Below are positions 1 to 8,876 of a DNA stretch of 64,000 nucleotides, piece after piece. How positions within the stretch are numbered: the stretch's first letter is position 1; each line of letters starts with the position of its first letter. The notes under the pieces were generated by a model. It was not told where the DNA came from. It was given only the letters and a program-made list of their open reading frames with translations, and did no database searches. This DNA is from a virus: positions 1 through 64,000 of the IMG/VR virus record IMGVR_UViG_3300043411_002995. The stretch is one strand, 5' to 3'. The position numbers and the translations under genes were made by a program.

Positions 1-15
1 CCCCCCCACCTCGGA

Positions 16-51
16 GGCCCCCCGCTTGCCCCACCGGCAGCGGGGGCTTTC
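16..51 (+). terminator. Hairpin / intrinsic terminator-like element
   Basis: GCCCCCCGCTTGCC-CCACC-GGCAGCGGGGGC followed by TTT. Confidence 0.4.
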
Positions 52-91
52 ACGCGCCCGCGCGCGTCTTACCCCAGGGAGCCACCTCGAC

Positions 92-493
92 TTATCCACA
101 GGCGTCCGAGGGCCGAATTGATAACGGTTTTCACCGCACTTTCGGTGTAGGTGCCGCAGTGCAGAACCTACGTGTATGACGTGTAATCGACGTAATCCAC
201 CATGCTAAACGAGGTTCATTTGCCTACAGTGGGGGGCACGGTGGTGCGCGCTCATTGCGGTGACTACCTATAACTACATGTCAAGAAATCGACCAAAACC
301 AGTAACCCAACCAACAACTGGGAGTGGTTTGGTAGCGGTCAAGTTGGAAAGTGACACCCTCGCGAAAGCCATAGTGGTTGGGGGTCTCTCAAGAAAACTT
401 TTGAAAGACCCCCCCTTCTCGGTCCAGCGTGAGGGTGCCACTTTTTCGAAAACACGCGTCTATTTCTCTCTCTCTACTCATTACTTATCCACA
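92..493 (+). promoter_or_regulatory. Candidate replication origin with two perfect DnaA boxes (TTATCCACA at 92-100 and 485-493)
   Basis: Exact 9-mer DnaA consensus twice in the same orientation; AT-richer non-coding interval; inverted repeat GGGGGTCT...AGACCCCC at 380-413; about 1.2 kb upstream of the primase-helicase. Confidence 0.55.
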
Positions 494-644
494 TCCTCCT
501 CTCCCCTCCTCCTCCCCTCCATTTCACCTCTGGCCTCCACCAAATAACGCACCGTGTCATCCGCAGAATGTTCCGGCTTCGCCGGAGATCTTGAGCTGGG
601 TTTTCGACACCCTGCTCGAGCGCCGTTGGGCACCCCTCCGTTCA

Positions 645-653
645 GGGCACAAG
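645..653 (+). promoter_or_regulatory. GGGCAYAAG upstream motif (putative phage promoter), copy 1
   Basis: GGGCACAAG 12 nt upstream of ATG 666; recurs at five other gene-upstream or intergenic sites. Confidence 0.45.
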
Positions 654-665
654 CCCGACGAAGCC

Positions 666-1076
666 ATGATCATGTCCAAGCCCTTCCCCATCTCACCGCG
701 CTACGCGGAGCGTCTGGGTCTGCTCGACCGGCCGGGGATCCCCGTGTTCAACGGGGACCCGCCCGAGGACGTGTGCGGGGGCTGCCTCAACTGCATCGCG
801 TTCCTCGACATGGAGACCGGGCGGCAGGTCTGCTCGAACCTGGCCTGCGGCGGCGCCGACCCGCGCTACTGCCAGGTCTGCCACCGCTGGCGCTACCGCC
901 AGCTGGACTACGACGTCGTCGCGTACATGGGCGGCTGGCAGGAGGCGTGGCGGCCGATCTGGGAGGTCGACGACGACGACCCGCACCCGGAGCCGGCGTT
1001 CGTGTGGCGGCTCTGCTGGGCCGCCTCGCCGGTGGAGTGCCACCGCTACATGCGGGTCTGGAAGCGGCTCGTATGA
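666..1076 (+). CDS. Hypothetical Cys-rich (zinc-finger-like) protein
   Basis: CxxCxxC and CxxC motifs; start uncertain (frame open from 429); stop overlaps next ATG. Confidence 0.6.
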   Translation: MIMSKPFPISPRYAERLGLLDRPGIPVFNGDPPEDVCGGCLNCIAFLDMETGRQVCSNLACGGADPRYCQVCHRWRYRQLDYDVVAYMGGWQEAWRPIWEVDDDDPHPEPAFVWRLCWAASPVECHRYMRVWKRLV

Positions 1077-1414
1077 GGACGCGGGTGACGAAGCCGCCGC
1101 CGGGGTGGACGCGGATCGACCCGCGGCCCTGGCGCAAGACCACCGCGCGCTGGCGGCACACGAGCGGCTGGCGGCTCGTGCACTGCGGTCACCCGACGGC
1201 GCACCACCCGTGGGCGCTGTACGACCCGCAGGGCTACATGCACACGACCGGGGGCCAGGCGGCGTACGGGCGTAGGCCGTGGAACGGCACGGCGTGGAAC
1301 AGCCTGGTCGAGGCGTGGGACTACGTGGCGTTCATGCTGGCGCACCCGCGGACGTTCCGCTGGCCGGCGTGGACGCGGGGGCGGCACCAGCTGGGAGGGC
1401 CCGATGGCGGATGA
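1073..1414 (+). CDS. Hypothetical Trp-rich protein
   Basis: ATGA overlap with upstream gene; GC-rich third codon positions. Confidence 0.65.
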   Translation: MRTRVTKPPPGWTRIDPRPWRKTTARWRHTSGWRLVHCGHPTAHHPWALYDPQGYMHTTGGQAAYGRRPWNGTAWNSLVEAWDYVAFMLAHPRTFRWPAWTRGRHQLGGPDGG

Positions 1415-1664
1415 CGAACCGAACCCGCGGAGCCGGTTGGTCCCACCGTACGAGACGTGCCCGCACTGCGGCATGGCGACGACGCTGTGCGACTGGTGCA
1501 TCGAGGGGCACGTGCTCTACGGCGACGGCTCGGCGTTCCCCTGCCCGCACTGTGGCGGGCGCGGGTCTGGGTGTCCGGACGAGGCGGGGATCTACTTCGG
1601 CGACACCATCTTCCGTGGTTGCCAGGGGTGGGTCAGGCAGATCGAACAGGAGCTGAAGGTATGA
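1404..1664 (+). CDS. Small zinc-finger protein (CxxC, CxxCxGxG)
   Basis: CPHCG, CDWC and CPHCGGRG motifs; GGAGG RBS. Confidence 0.65.
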   Translation: MADDEPNPRSRLVPPYETCPHCGMATTLCDWCIEGHVLYGDGSAFPCPHCGGRGSGCPDEAGIYFGDTIFRGCQGWVRQIEQELKV

Positions 1665-1689
1665 ACGCTCAACCTGAACGAGGCGCGCG

Positions 1690-4600
1690 ATGACGTTCTG
1701 GAAGGACTACGCGTACGTCGACGCGCAGATGGAGCACCAGGTCACCAAGGCGAAGCTGCCGTGGGTGCGGATGCGGGTGGGGGACGTGCAGCGGCGGGTG
1801 GTCGAGAAGTCCTCGGGGACGAACTGCTACGCGACGGTGCAGCGGTTCAAGGACGCGACGAGCCTGCGCGAGCTGCAGCGGCAGAAGGCGAAGCCGCCGG
1901 TGCCGGTGCCGCCGCCGCCCCCGAGCAAGAAGGGCAAGGGCAAGGGCAAGCCGCAGCCCGAGCTCGAGCTCGACCCGGCGGAGCTGGCGGCCGCAGCCGC
2001 GGCGAAGGAGGTGGCGGCCGCGGAGCGCGAGGCGGACGAGCTGCCCGAGCAGCAGCCGCACTACCACGGGCTGTTCTTCGACTTCGACGCGGACCCGGGC
2101 AAGGAGACCGGGCCCGCGCACGGGATGACCTTCGAGGGGGCGACGGAGCTCGCGCTCAACCAGGTCCGCACGCTGGCGGCGTGGTTCCTGCGGAGCTTCC
2201 CGGGGCTCTCGCCCAAGCACGTCCAGGCCTGGTACTCGGGCTCGAAGGGGTTCCACCTGGTGGTGCGCCCCGAGCCGTTCAACATCCGGCCGCACATGCA
2301 CCTGACGTACATCGTCAAGCGCATCGCGCTCGAGCTGAGCCAGAGCCTGGGGCTGACGACGCTCGACCGCACGGTCTACTCGATCCCGCGGATGTGGCGC
2401 ATCCCGAACACGGTCCACCCCAAGACCCGGCGCTACAAGATCGAGCTCACCCACGACGAGCTGATGACGATGAAGCCGGGGGACATCGTCGAGCTCTCGC
2501 AGCACGCGCGGAACCCCGGGGCGGAGGCCCTGCCGGACAGCCACATCTACCCGGAGAGCGACTACAAGGACATCCCGCCGCTGCCGGAGGCGGTGGCCTG
2601 GTACCTCGAGCACTACCAGGCGTACGACGCGTACCGGGACCTGAAGAAGCTGATGCCGCGGCGGCCGATCCAACGGCCGGACGAGGGCGACGCGTTCCCG
2701 GTGTGCGTCCAGGACATCTTGAAGAACGGGCCGAAGGAGGGCGGCCCGAACCGGAACCGGGTGCTGTTGCCGCTGGCCGGGTTCTTCCACGACGCGGGGC
2801 TGAACGCGAAGGAGGCGCAGCGCCAGCTCGACGACTGGACCCGCGAGCACTACCCGAACGACGGGCACACGGCGGAGCGGATCGCGAACGGGCACTCGGT
2901 CATCGACCAGGCGTACCGGGGGCACGTGAAGTTCAGCTGCCGGTTCATCCGGTCGCTGGCCGGCACCGGGGAGAACGGCCGGGTGGCGTGCGTGGGCGAG
3001 GACAAGTGCCCGTGGATCGCGAACCCGACGGACCAGGAGCCGGCGCAGGTGCCGGAGATCCACCTGAGCGAGGCGAGCAAGGGCTGCTACGTCAACACGA
3101 TGATCAAGACGGCGGTGCACGTCGCGGCGATCGCGAAGGCGCCGTTCGAGCTGCCCGTGAAGGGGCGGATCATGTGCACGCCGAACCCGGAGGCGGCGAT
3201 CTGCGAAAACTGCCCGAACAACCTGGCCGGGGGCAAGGGGAAGCTGCAGTTCACGTTCGACGTGGAGGAGCGAGCAGTGCTCGACCTGGTCGACGTCAAC
3301 GACTCGAACCGCAAGGGGACGATCAAGGCGCGGGTCGGGATCCCGAAGGACTGCCACAAGCACAAGATCGAGATCCTCGAGAGCAGCAACGTGGAGGAGC
3401 TGCAGATCATCCCGATGGTCGACTACGCGCACGCCTACGAGGTGTCGATGGCGGCGGACGACGACGACCTCAACAAGAAGTCGGCGAAGCACGTCGTGCG
3501 GCGGGCGTTCTACCTGGGCCACGGCATCGAGGCGAACAAGAAGTACATGGTCGAGTCGATGGTCTTCGGGCACCCGAAGGACCAGCGGATCTGCTTCCTG
3601 TTCGACAAGGCCGACCCGGCGCAGAACGACATCGACCAGTTTCACATGACCGCGGAGCTCAAGGACAAGCTCCGCATCTTCCAGCCGCGGCCAGGGCAGT
3701 CGGTCTACGACAAGTTCCAGGAGATCCACCGGGACCTGACGGCGAACGTGCACCAGATCGGCGGCCGCTTCGACCTCTCCATCGCGGTCGACCTCTGCTA
3801 CCACGCGGTGATCGGGTTCAAGTTCGCGGGCCAGCCGGTCCACAAGGGGTGGTTCGAGCTGCTGGTGATGGGGGACACGGGCACGGGCAAGACGACGCTG
3901 ATCGAGCGGATGATGCGGCACTACGGGCTCGGGGAGCTCATCGCCGGCGAGGACTCGAAGCGCACGGGCCTGGTCTACGCCAGCATCCAGATGCAGGGGC
4001 AGTGGATCTTGCGGTGGGGGAAGATCCCGCAGAACGACCGGCGGCTGCTGATCATCGACGAGTTCGCGGGCATCCCGGGCGAGGAGGTCGGGAAGATGAC
4101 GCAGCTGCGGTCGAGCGGTCGAGCGGTGGGCGGCGGCGTGAACGCGGACTACGAGACGTGGGCGCGGACGCGGCTCATCCTGATCACGAACCCGCGGAAC
4201 AACCGGGGGCAGATGGCGGGGTTCAACTACGGCATCCAGGCGGTGGAGGACCTGTTCGACGAGGCGCAGGACCTGCGGCGCGTGGACCTGGCGATCATCG
4301 CCGAGAAGGACGAGGTGAAGACGGAGCTGCTCAACAAGCGGTGGGACAAGAGCGATCTGCCGCACGTCTACACGGCGGACCTGTGCCGCAGCATGGTGCT
4401 GTGGGCGTGGAGCCGCGAGCCGCACCACATCGAGTGGCAGGGGGGCGCGGAGGACGCGCTCCTGCGGTGGGCAGACCGGATGGGAGACACGTACGAGTGC
4501 GACGTGCCGCTGGCGGAGCGGGCGGACCTGCGGTTGAAGCTGGCGCGCATCAGCGCGGCGGTGGCGGCGCGGCTGTTCTCGACGGACGCGACGGCCAAGA

Positions 4601-5121
4601 AGGTGATCATCACGACCGACCACGTCGACTTCGCGGCCCAGTTCATGGACCGGAGCTACCGCAAGAAGTCGATGGCGTACTTCGAGTACGCGCGGAAGTA
4701 CAAGCAGGACAACCACTACAGCGAGGAGAAGAAGGTCGACATCAAGAAGACGATGCTCGGGTTCGGGGACGAGAGCGAGTCGATCATCGCGACGATGCTC
4801 GACGTCGACCTCCTCTCGAAGCCGATGTTCGCGGACATGGTGAACCTGGACCAGGACGACCTGCGGCGGCTGTGGAAGTACCTGGTGGGCGAGCGGCTGC
4901 TGCGCAAGACGGCGCGCGGGTACCGCAAGACGCCGGCGTTCACGAAGTTCCTCAAGGGGATGGGCGGGGGCAAGAGCGGGTACTCGGGCGAGCTGCCCGA
5001 CGACTTCGAGACGGGCGGGAACTTCGAGGAGCACGCGGCGCGCCCGCCGGCGGACGCGTTCTTCGCAGACGAGGACCTGGACTACCCCCCGGGTGGCGAC
5101 GACGAGCCCCCGCCGTTCTGA
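1690..5121 (+). CDS. Archaeo-eukaryotic primase (PriS-like + PriL Fe-S-like domain) fused to an MCM-family replicative helicase
   Basis: AEP motifs FFDFDAD, YSGSKGFH and DRTVYSIPRMWRIPNT; four Cys in PriL-CTD spacing (FPVC...FSC...C...CP); Cys cluster CTPN..ICENC; Walker A GDTGTGKT, SKRTGL, Walker B LLIIDE, sensor ITNP, Arg finger LRRVDL. Confidence 0.85.
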   Translation: MTFWKDYAYVDAQMEHQVTKAKLPWVRMRVGDVQRRVVEKSSGTNCYATVQRFKDATSLRELQRQKAKPPVPVPPPPPSKKGKGKGKPQPELELDPAELAAAAAAKEVAAAEREADELPEQQPHYHGLFFDFDADPGKETGPAHGMTFEGATELALNQVRTLAAWFLRSFPGLSPKHVQAWYSGSKGFHLVVRPEPFNIRPHMHLTYIVKRIALELSQSLGLTTLDRTVYSIPRMWRIPNTVHPKTRRYKIELTHDELMTMKPGDIVELSQHARNPGAEALPDSHIYPESDYKDIPPLPEAVAWYLEHYQAYDAYRDLKKLMPRRPIQRPDEGDAFPVCVQDILKNGPKEGGPNRNRVLLPLAGFFHDAGLNAKEAQRQLDDWTREHYPNDGHTAERIANGHSVIDQAYRGHVKFSCRFIRSLAGTGENGRVACVGEDKCPWIANPTDQEPAQVPEIHLSEASKGCYVNTMIKTAVHVAAIAKAPFELPVKGRIMCTPNPEAAICENCPNNLAGGKGKLQFTFDVEERAVLDLVDVNDSNRKGTIKARVGIPKDCHKHKIEILESSNVEELQIIPMVDYAHAYEVSMAADDDDLNKKSAKHVVRRAFYLGHGIEANKKYMVESMVFGHPKDQRICFLFDKADPAQNDIDQFHMTAELKDKLRIFQPRPGQSVYDKFQEIHRDLTANVHQIGGRFDLSIAVDLCYHAVIGFKFAGQPVHKGWFELLVMGDTGTGKTTLIERMMRHYGLGELIAGEDSKRTGLVYASIQMQGQWILRWGKIPQNDRRLLIIDEFAGIPGEEVGKMTQLRSSGRAVGGGVNADYETWARTRLILITNPRNNRGQMAGFNYGIQAVEDLFDEAQDLRRVDLAIIAEKDEVKTELLNKRWDKSDLPHVYTADLCRSMVLWAWSREPHHIEWQGGAEDALLRWADRMGDTYECDVPLAERADLRLKLARISAAVAARLFSTDATAKKVIITTDHVDFAAQFMDRSYRKKSMAYFEYARKYKQDNHYSEEKKVDIKKTMLGFGDESESIIATMLDVDLLSKPMFADMVNLDQDDLRRLWKYLVGERLLRKTARGYRKTPAFTKFLKGMGGGKSGYSGELPDDFETGGNFEEHAARPPADAFFADEDLDYPPGGDDEPPPF

Positions 5122-5132
5122 GGAGGATGATG

Positions 5133-5411
5133 ATGACGAAGTTCCTGTTCGTGGTGCCCGAGCGGTGGCGGACCGAAACGCGCGGCGACGAGGCGATCAT
5201 CACCTCGCCGTCGGGCCTGAGCGTCACCATCGACTGGGCGCGGCGCGAGATCCGGCCGGGCATCTCGAGCTACGGCAAGCCGATCAACCAGACCACGTAC
5301 GCCCGGCGGAACTGGCAGCAGCGGATGGTGGACGACGCGCTCGCGTACCTGAGCGAGCACGAGGCCACCCTGCCCGGCAAGCCGACGACGAAGCCCACGA
5401 AGAAGAGGTGA
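5133..5411 (+). CDS. Hypothetical protein
   Basis: GGAGG RBS; codon bias. Confidence 0.65.
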   Translation: MTKFLFVVPERWRTETRGDEAIITSPSGLSVTIDWARREIRPGISSYGKPINQTTYARRNWQQRMVDDALAYLSEHEATLPGKPTTKPTKKR

Positions 5412-5416
5412 GCACG

Positions 5417-5902
5417 ATGGAAGAGAAGCAGACCAAGGCCCTCCACCTGACCGACGAGGAGCTGAGCGTCGTCTACAACGCGCTCGTGTGGTTCCGGCTC
5501 AACGAGAAGCAGGACGAGCGCTGGGACCTGTCGACCGACATCATGCTGGCGATCAAGCCGCTGTTGCCGGCCGGCGGACTGCCGACGCCGGTGCCGCGGA
5601 GCTACCAGCAGGAACTCTCGACGCTGCTGCGGAGGTGGCAGGCGCGCGGGGGGAGCCAGCTCGAGGCGGCGAGCCTGTTGCTGGTGGCGGGGGTGCTGGG
5701 CCTGCGGGCCGGGGCGCCGGGGGAGGTGTGCCCGCCGGCGCTGCTCGAGCAGGTGCGGCAGGCGTGGGCGATGGGGACGCCGATGGACCGCGCACGGTTC
5801 GAGAAGGCCCCCTGCTACCTGTGCGGGTACAACGGCCCAGAGTACTTCCAGCCGGAGCGGCACCTGTGCGCGGAGCGGTACCACCGCCTCGGGCTGGGCT
5901 GA
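5417..5902 (+). CDS. Hypothetical protein with C-terminal CxxC/HxC motif
   Basis: GAGG RBS; CYLCGY...HLC. Confidence 0.65.
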   Translation: MEEKQTKALHLTDEELSVVYNALVWFRLNEKQDERWDLSTDIMLAIKPLLPAGGLPTPVPRSYQQELSTLLRRWQARGGSQLEAASLLLVAGVLGLRAGAPGEVCPPALLEQVRQAWAMGTPMDRARFEKAPCYLCGYNGPEYFQPERHLCAERYHRLGLG

Positions 5903-5904
5903 CC

Positions 5905-6123
5905 ATGCCCAGGTTCGACGTGCACATGGAGTCGTCGGCCGAGGTGGTGCGGGGCCACGTCATCGTCGAGGCCGCCACGCTCGAGGAGGCGATCGCGCAG
6001 GCGACACGCGCCGAGAGCGTCGACTGGGTGGTAGCGGGGGGCCTGGCGCCGGCGCGCGCCGTCAAGATCTACAACTACGACACCGGTCGAACGGTGTACG
6101 TGAAGGGCAGGCACGGATCATGA
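5905..6123 (+). CDS. Hypothetical protein
   Basis: Coupled ORF; VIVEAATLEEAIAQA is a common phage small-protein pattern. Confidence 0.6.
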   Translation: MPRFDVHMESSAEVVRGHVIVEAATLEEAIAQATRAESVDWVVAGGLAPARAVKIYNYDTGRTVYVKGRHGS

Positions 6124-6491
6124 GCAACCACGGTGTCGAGATCGACCCGGAGATGGCGAAGAAGTTCGCCGAGGTGTTCGAGGAGGTGCTCGGCAAGCAC
6201 AAGGACAAGCTCGAGGAGACGATGCGCGCGGCGGCCGCGGAGCTCGAGCTGGGCTCGACCGGCGAGGTGCCGGACGGCAAGCTGACCGAGCGGGACGGCG
6301 GCGAGATGAAGATCGCGGTCGCCGTGGTCGACGGGCGGGTGGTGATGAACTTCGGCCAGCTGGTGAGCTGGATCGGGTTCCAGCCGGGGCAGGCGCGGCA
6401 GATCGCGGCCGCGCTGGTGACGCAGGCGGAGGCTGCCGAGGCGTGGCTGGCGTCGCTCACCGACTTCAAGGAGACGGCGAGCGATGGCTAG
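6120..6491 (+). CDS. Hypothetical protein
   Basis: ATGA overlap; codon bias. Confidence 0.7.
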   Translation: MSNHGVEIDPEMAKKFAEVFEEVLGKHKDKLEETMRAAAAELELGSTGEVPDGKLTERDGGEMKIAVAVVDGRVVMNFGQLVSWIGFQPGQARQIAAALVTQAEAAEAWLASLTDFKETASDG

Positions 6492-6846
6492 GTTCAACGC
6501 CCGCTACGTCCGCAAGGTCAGCCAGGTCTGCACGTGCGGGCACACGCAGTACGGGCACGCGCTCGACGAGGAGGACGGCAAGCTCACGTGGGGCAAGGGC
6601 CGGTGCCGGTCGTCGGCGACGTGTGCGTGCCCGATGTACCAGCACCCGACCGTGGCGGTCGACGTCGACCTCGACGGGGATGCGCTGGGGGACGAGGGGG
6701 TGGCGGTTGAGCGCCTGGTCGAGGCCGGGCTGCTGTGCCGCGGCGAGAAGCTGCGAGAGCTGCGGCGCGAGGCCGACGGGAAGGTGGTGGTGTTCCCGGA
6801 TCGCAGCGTCTGGCACTCGATCATCCTGACGCCGGTGCCTGGATGA
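6484..6846 (+). CDS. Hypothetical protein with CxCxH zinc motif
   Basis: CTCGH...H...C...CxC. Confidence 0.65.
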   Translation: MARFNARYVRKVSQVCTCGHTQYGHALDEEDGKLTWGKGRCRSSATCACPMYQHPTVAVDVDLDGDALGDEGVAVERLVEAGLLCRGEKLRELRREADGKVVVFPDRSVWHSIILTPVPG

Positions 6847-7061
6847 CCCACCAGCAGCGGGCAGTGCTCTACCTGGGGCGTGAGCTGCTGCGTCGGTATC
6901 GTGAGTGCCAGGCGACGGTCAACGCGCGCCGGGAGCAAGATCTGCACTGGCAGGCTCGGCAGCTCTACCACCTGTACTGCGCGATGGTCCGGATGTTCTG
7001 GGCGCGCGACCCGCGCTACGACCCGTTCTGGCGCGGAGGAGAACGATCTTGCGACATGTGA
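6843..7061 (+). CDS. Hypothetical protein
   Basis: ATGA overlap. Confidence 0.55.
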   Translation: MTHQQRAVLYLGRELLRRYRECQATVNARREQDLHWQARQLYHLYCAMVRMFWARDPRYDPFWRGGERSCDM

Positions 7062-7155
7062 ACAAGGAGGACTGACAGATCCACAAGCTGTACGACGCCT
7101 ACATCCGAGTCCGCCCCGGCGGCATCCTCGGCCAACCCTGAGAGACCAAGCGACC

Positions 7156-8532
7156 ATGAAGAACGAGAAGCTCGAGATCACTGCTGTGGACGTCCGCGGC
7201 TTCAAGCGGATCAAGCACGTCCACATCGAGACCGAGGACCACCGCAACATCCTGCTCATCGCGGGCAAGAACCGGCAGGGCAAGAGCTCGCTGATGGACG
7301 CGCTCGACGCGGCCTTCTGCGGGGGCGAGGCGTTGCCCACGGAGCCGATCCGCAAGGGCGACGAGGCGACGACCATCGACGTCGAGCTCAACGACGGGCT
7401 CTACAAGATCAAGCGCACCTTCAAGGTGGGCAAGGAGGGCAAGAGCGAGGGCAAGCTGCTGACGGGGCTGGTGGTGACGGGGCCGGACGGCAAGCTGAGC
7501 TCGCCGCAGACGTGGCTGGACAACCTGGTGGCGCAGCGGTTCCTGGACCCGCTGGCGTTCCTGGGCCGGACGCCCGCCGAGCAGCGGAAGATCTTGCTCG
7601 GCATCGTGGGCGTGGACATCGACAAGCTGCAGGCCGAGTCGCGGGCGTTCTACGAGAGCCGGACGGAGGCGAACCGGGCCCTCAAGCAGGCGGTGGCGCA
7701 GCGCGAGGGGCTGGTCGATCCGGGGTCGGCGCCGGCGGGGACGCGGTCGGCGTCGGCCATCCAGGACGAGCTCGACCAGGTCGAGGAGGACCTGCGGGCG
7801 GGCGAGCTGGCGGCGGCCAAGGCAGCGAAGTGCACGGAGACCATGAACGCGCTCCGGGTCGAGGCCAAGAACAAGGAGGAGGAGATCGAGGCGATCAAGG
7901 GGAAGCTGGCGCGGGCCCAGGCCGACCTGGTGAAGATCGAGGAGCGCCTGGCGAAGGGCCAGGAGGTGACGCTCGAGGCGCAGGCGGCGGCGCCGACGGC
8001 GGACAAGGTGGAGGCGCTGGCGGTGCGTCGGCGGACGCTCAAGGGCGAGATGCGGGGGGTGGAGGAGTTCGTGCGGTGGGAGAGCCGGGTGCAGGAGCAC
8101 CAGAAGCAGGTGGCGCAGCTCGACGCCAAGGTGGCGTCGCACCAGGCGCGGGTGGCCGAGCTGACCACGCGGATGGGAGAGATCGACGAGCGCAAGGCGC
8201 AGATCCTGACGCAGGCGCGGATGCCGGTGGAGGGGCTCGAGGTGGTGGAGGACGGGCTGCGGCTGGGCGGGGTGCCGCTCGAGCAGGCGAGCCAGGCGGA
8301 GCAGCTGCGGTGTTCGCTGGCGATCGCGATCGCGCAGTCGCCGCGGCTGCGGGACGTGTGGGCCAAGAGCGGGTCGCTGCTCGATGAGGAGGGGCTGGAG
8401 ACGCTGCGCCAGGTGGCGGCGGACCTGGACTGCCGGCTGTGGCTGGAGATGGTGAACGAGCGGCCCGGGGACACGCGGGCGGTGATCATCCGGGACGGGC
8501 AGGCGGTGGGGCAAGAAGCCCCCGGGACGTGA
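7156..8532 (+). CDS. SMC/Rad50(SbcC)-like ABC-family coiled-coil ATPase (phage AAA_23 type)
   Basis: N-terminal VRGFKRIK, Walker A GKNRQGKSS, long coiled coil, signature-like ASQAEQ, D-loop-like GSLLD. Confidence 0.85.
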   Translation: MKNEKLEITAVDVRGFKRIKHVHIETEDHRNILLIAGKNRQGKSSLMDALDAAFCGGEALPTEPIRKGDEATTIDVELNDGLYKIKRTFKVGKEGKSEGKLLTGLVVTGPDGKLSSPQTWLDNLVAQRFLDPLAFLGRTPAEQRKILLGIVGVDIDKLQAESRAFYESRTEANRALKQAVAQREGLVDPGSAPAGTRSASAIQDELDQVEEDLRAGELAAAKAAKCTETMNALRVEAKNKEEEIEAIKGKLARAQADLVKIEERLAKGQEVTLEAQAAAPTADKVEALAVRRRTLKGEMRGVEEFVRWESRVQEHQKQVAQLDAKVASHQARVAELTTRMGEIDERKAQILTQARMPVEGLEVVEDGLRLGGVPLEQASQAEQLRCSLAIAIAQSPRLRDVWAKSGSLLDEEGLETLRQVAADLDCRLWLEMVNERPGDTRAVIIRDGQAVGQEAPGT

Positions 8533-8552
8533 GCCACGGAAGGAGGACGACC

Positions 8553-8876
8553 ATGGGAAGCAAGCACAACCCGCCCCGCTGGTGGAAGGACTACGAGGAG
8601 GAGTGCCGCGTCTACATCTTCCTGTCGAGCGCCTACGCGCGGCAGGTGTGGTCGGGGCAGGTGGTGTTCAACGCGGCCGCCGCGGCGAAGTTGCGGTTCA
8701 TGCCGATCGCCGACCCGCCGCCGGTGCTCACGGAGCAGGAGAAGATCGACCAGGACGTCATCCTTCTGGGTGTGGGGTTCGGCATGTTGCAGGACGACGG
8801 CACCATCAAGCACATGCCCGCCACCAAGATGCGCGTCTACCCCCGGGATCTCATCACGCTCAAGGTGAAGATCTGA
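8553..8876 (+). CDS. Hypothetical protein
   Basis: AGGAGG RBS. Confidence 0.7.
   Translation: MGSKHNPPRWWKDYEEECRVYIFLSSAYARQVWSGQVVFNAAAAAKLRFMPIADPPPVLTEQEKIDQDVILLGVGFGMLQDDGTIKHMPATKMRVYPRDLITLKVKI

Noticed and set aside
260-547. 95-aa ORF in the origin-like region
   Set aside because: Atypical low-GC codon usage, no RBS, and overlap with a DnaA box and hairpins
1669-5034. Very long antisense or alternative-frame ORFs (1669-5034 -, 1761-5411 +, 18948-21914 -, 30286-32592 +, 39229-42672 -, 49866-53093 +, 59951-61723 + and others)
   Set aside because: Shadow ORFs of high-GC genes: Arg/Gly/Ala/Pro-rich or mirror-codon composition, no motifs, and fully overlapping well-supported genes
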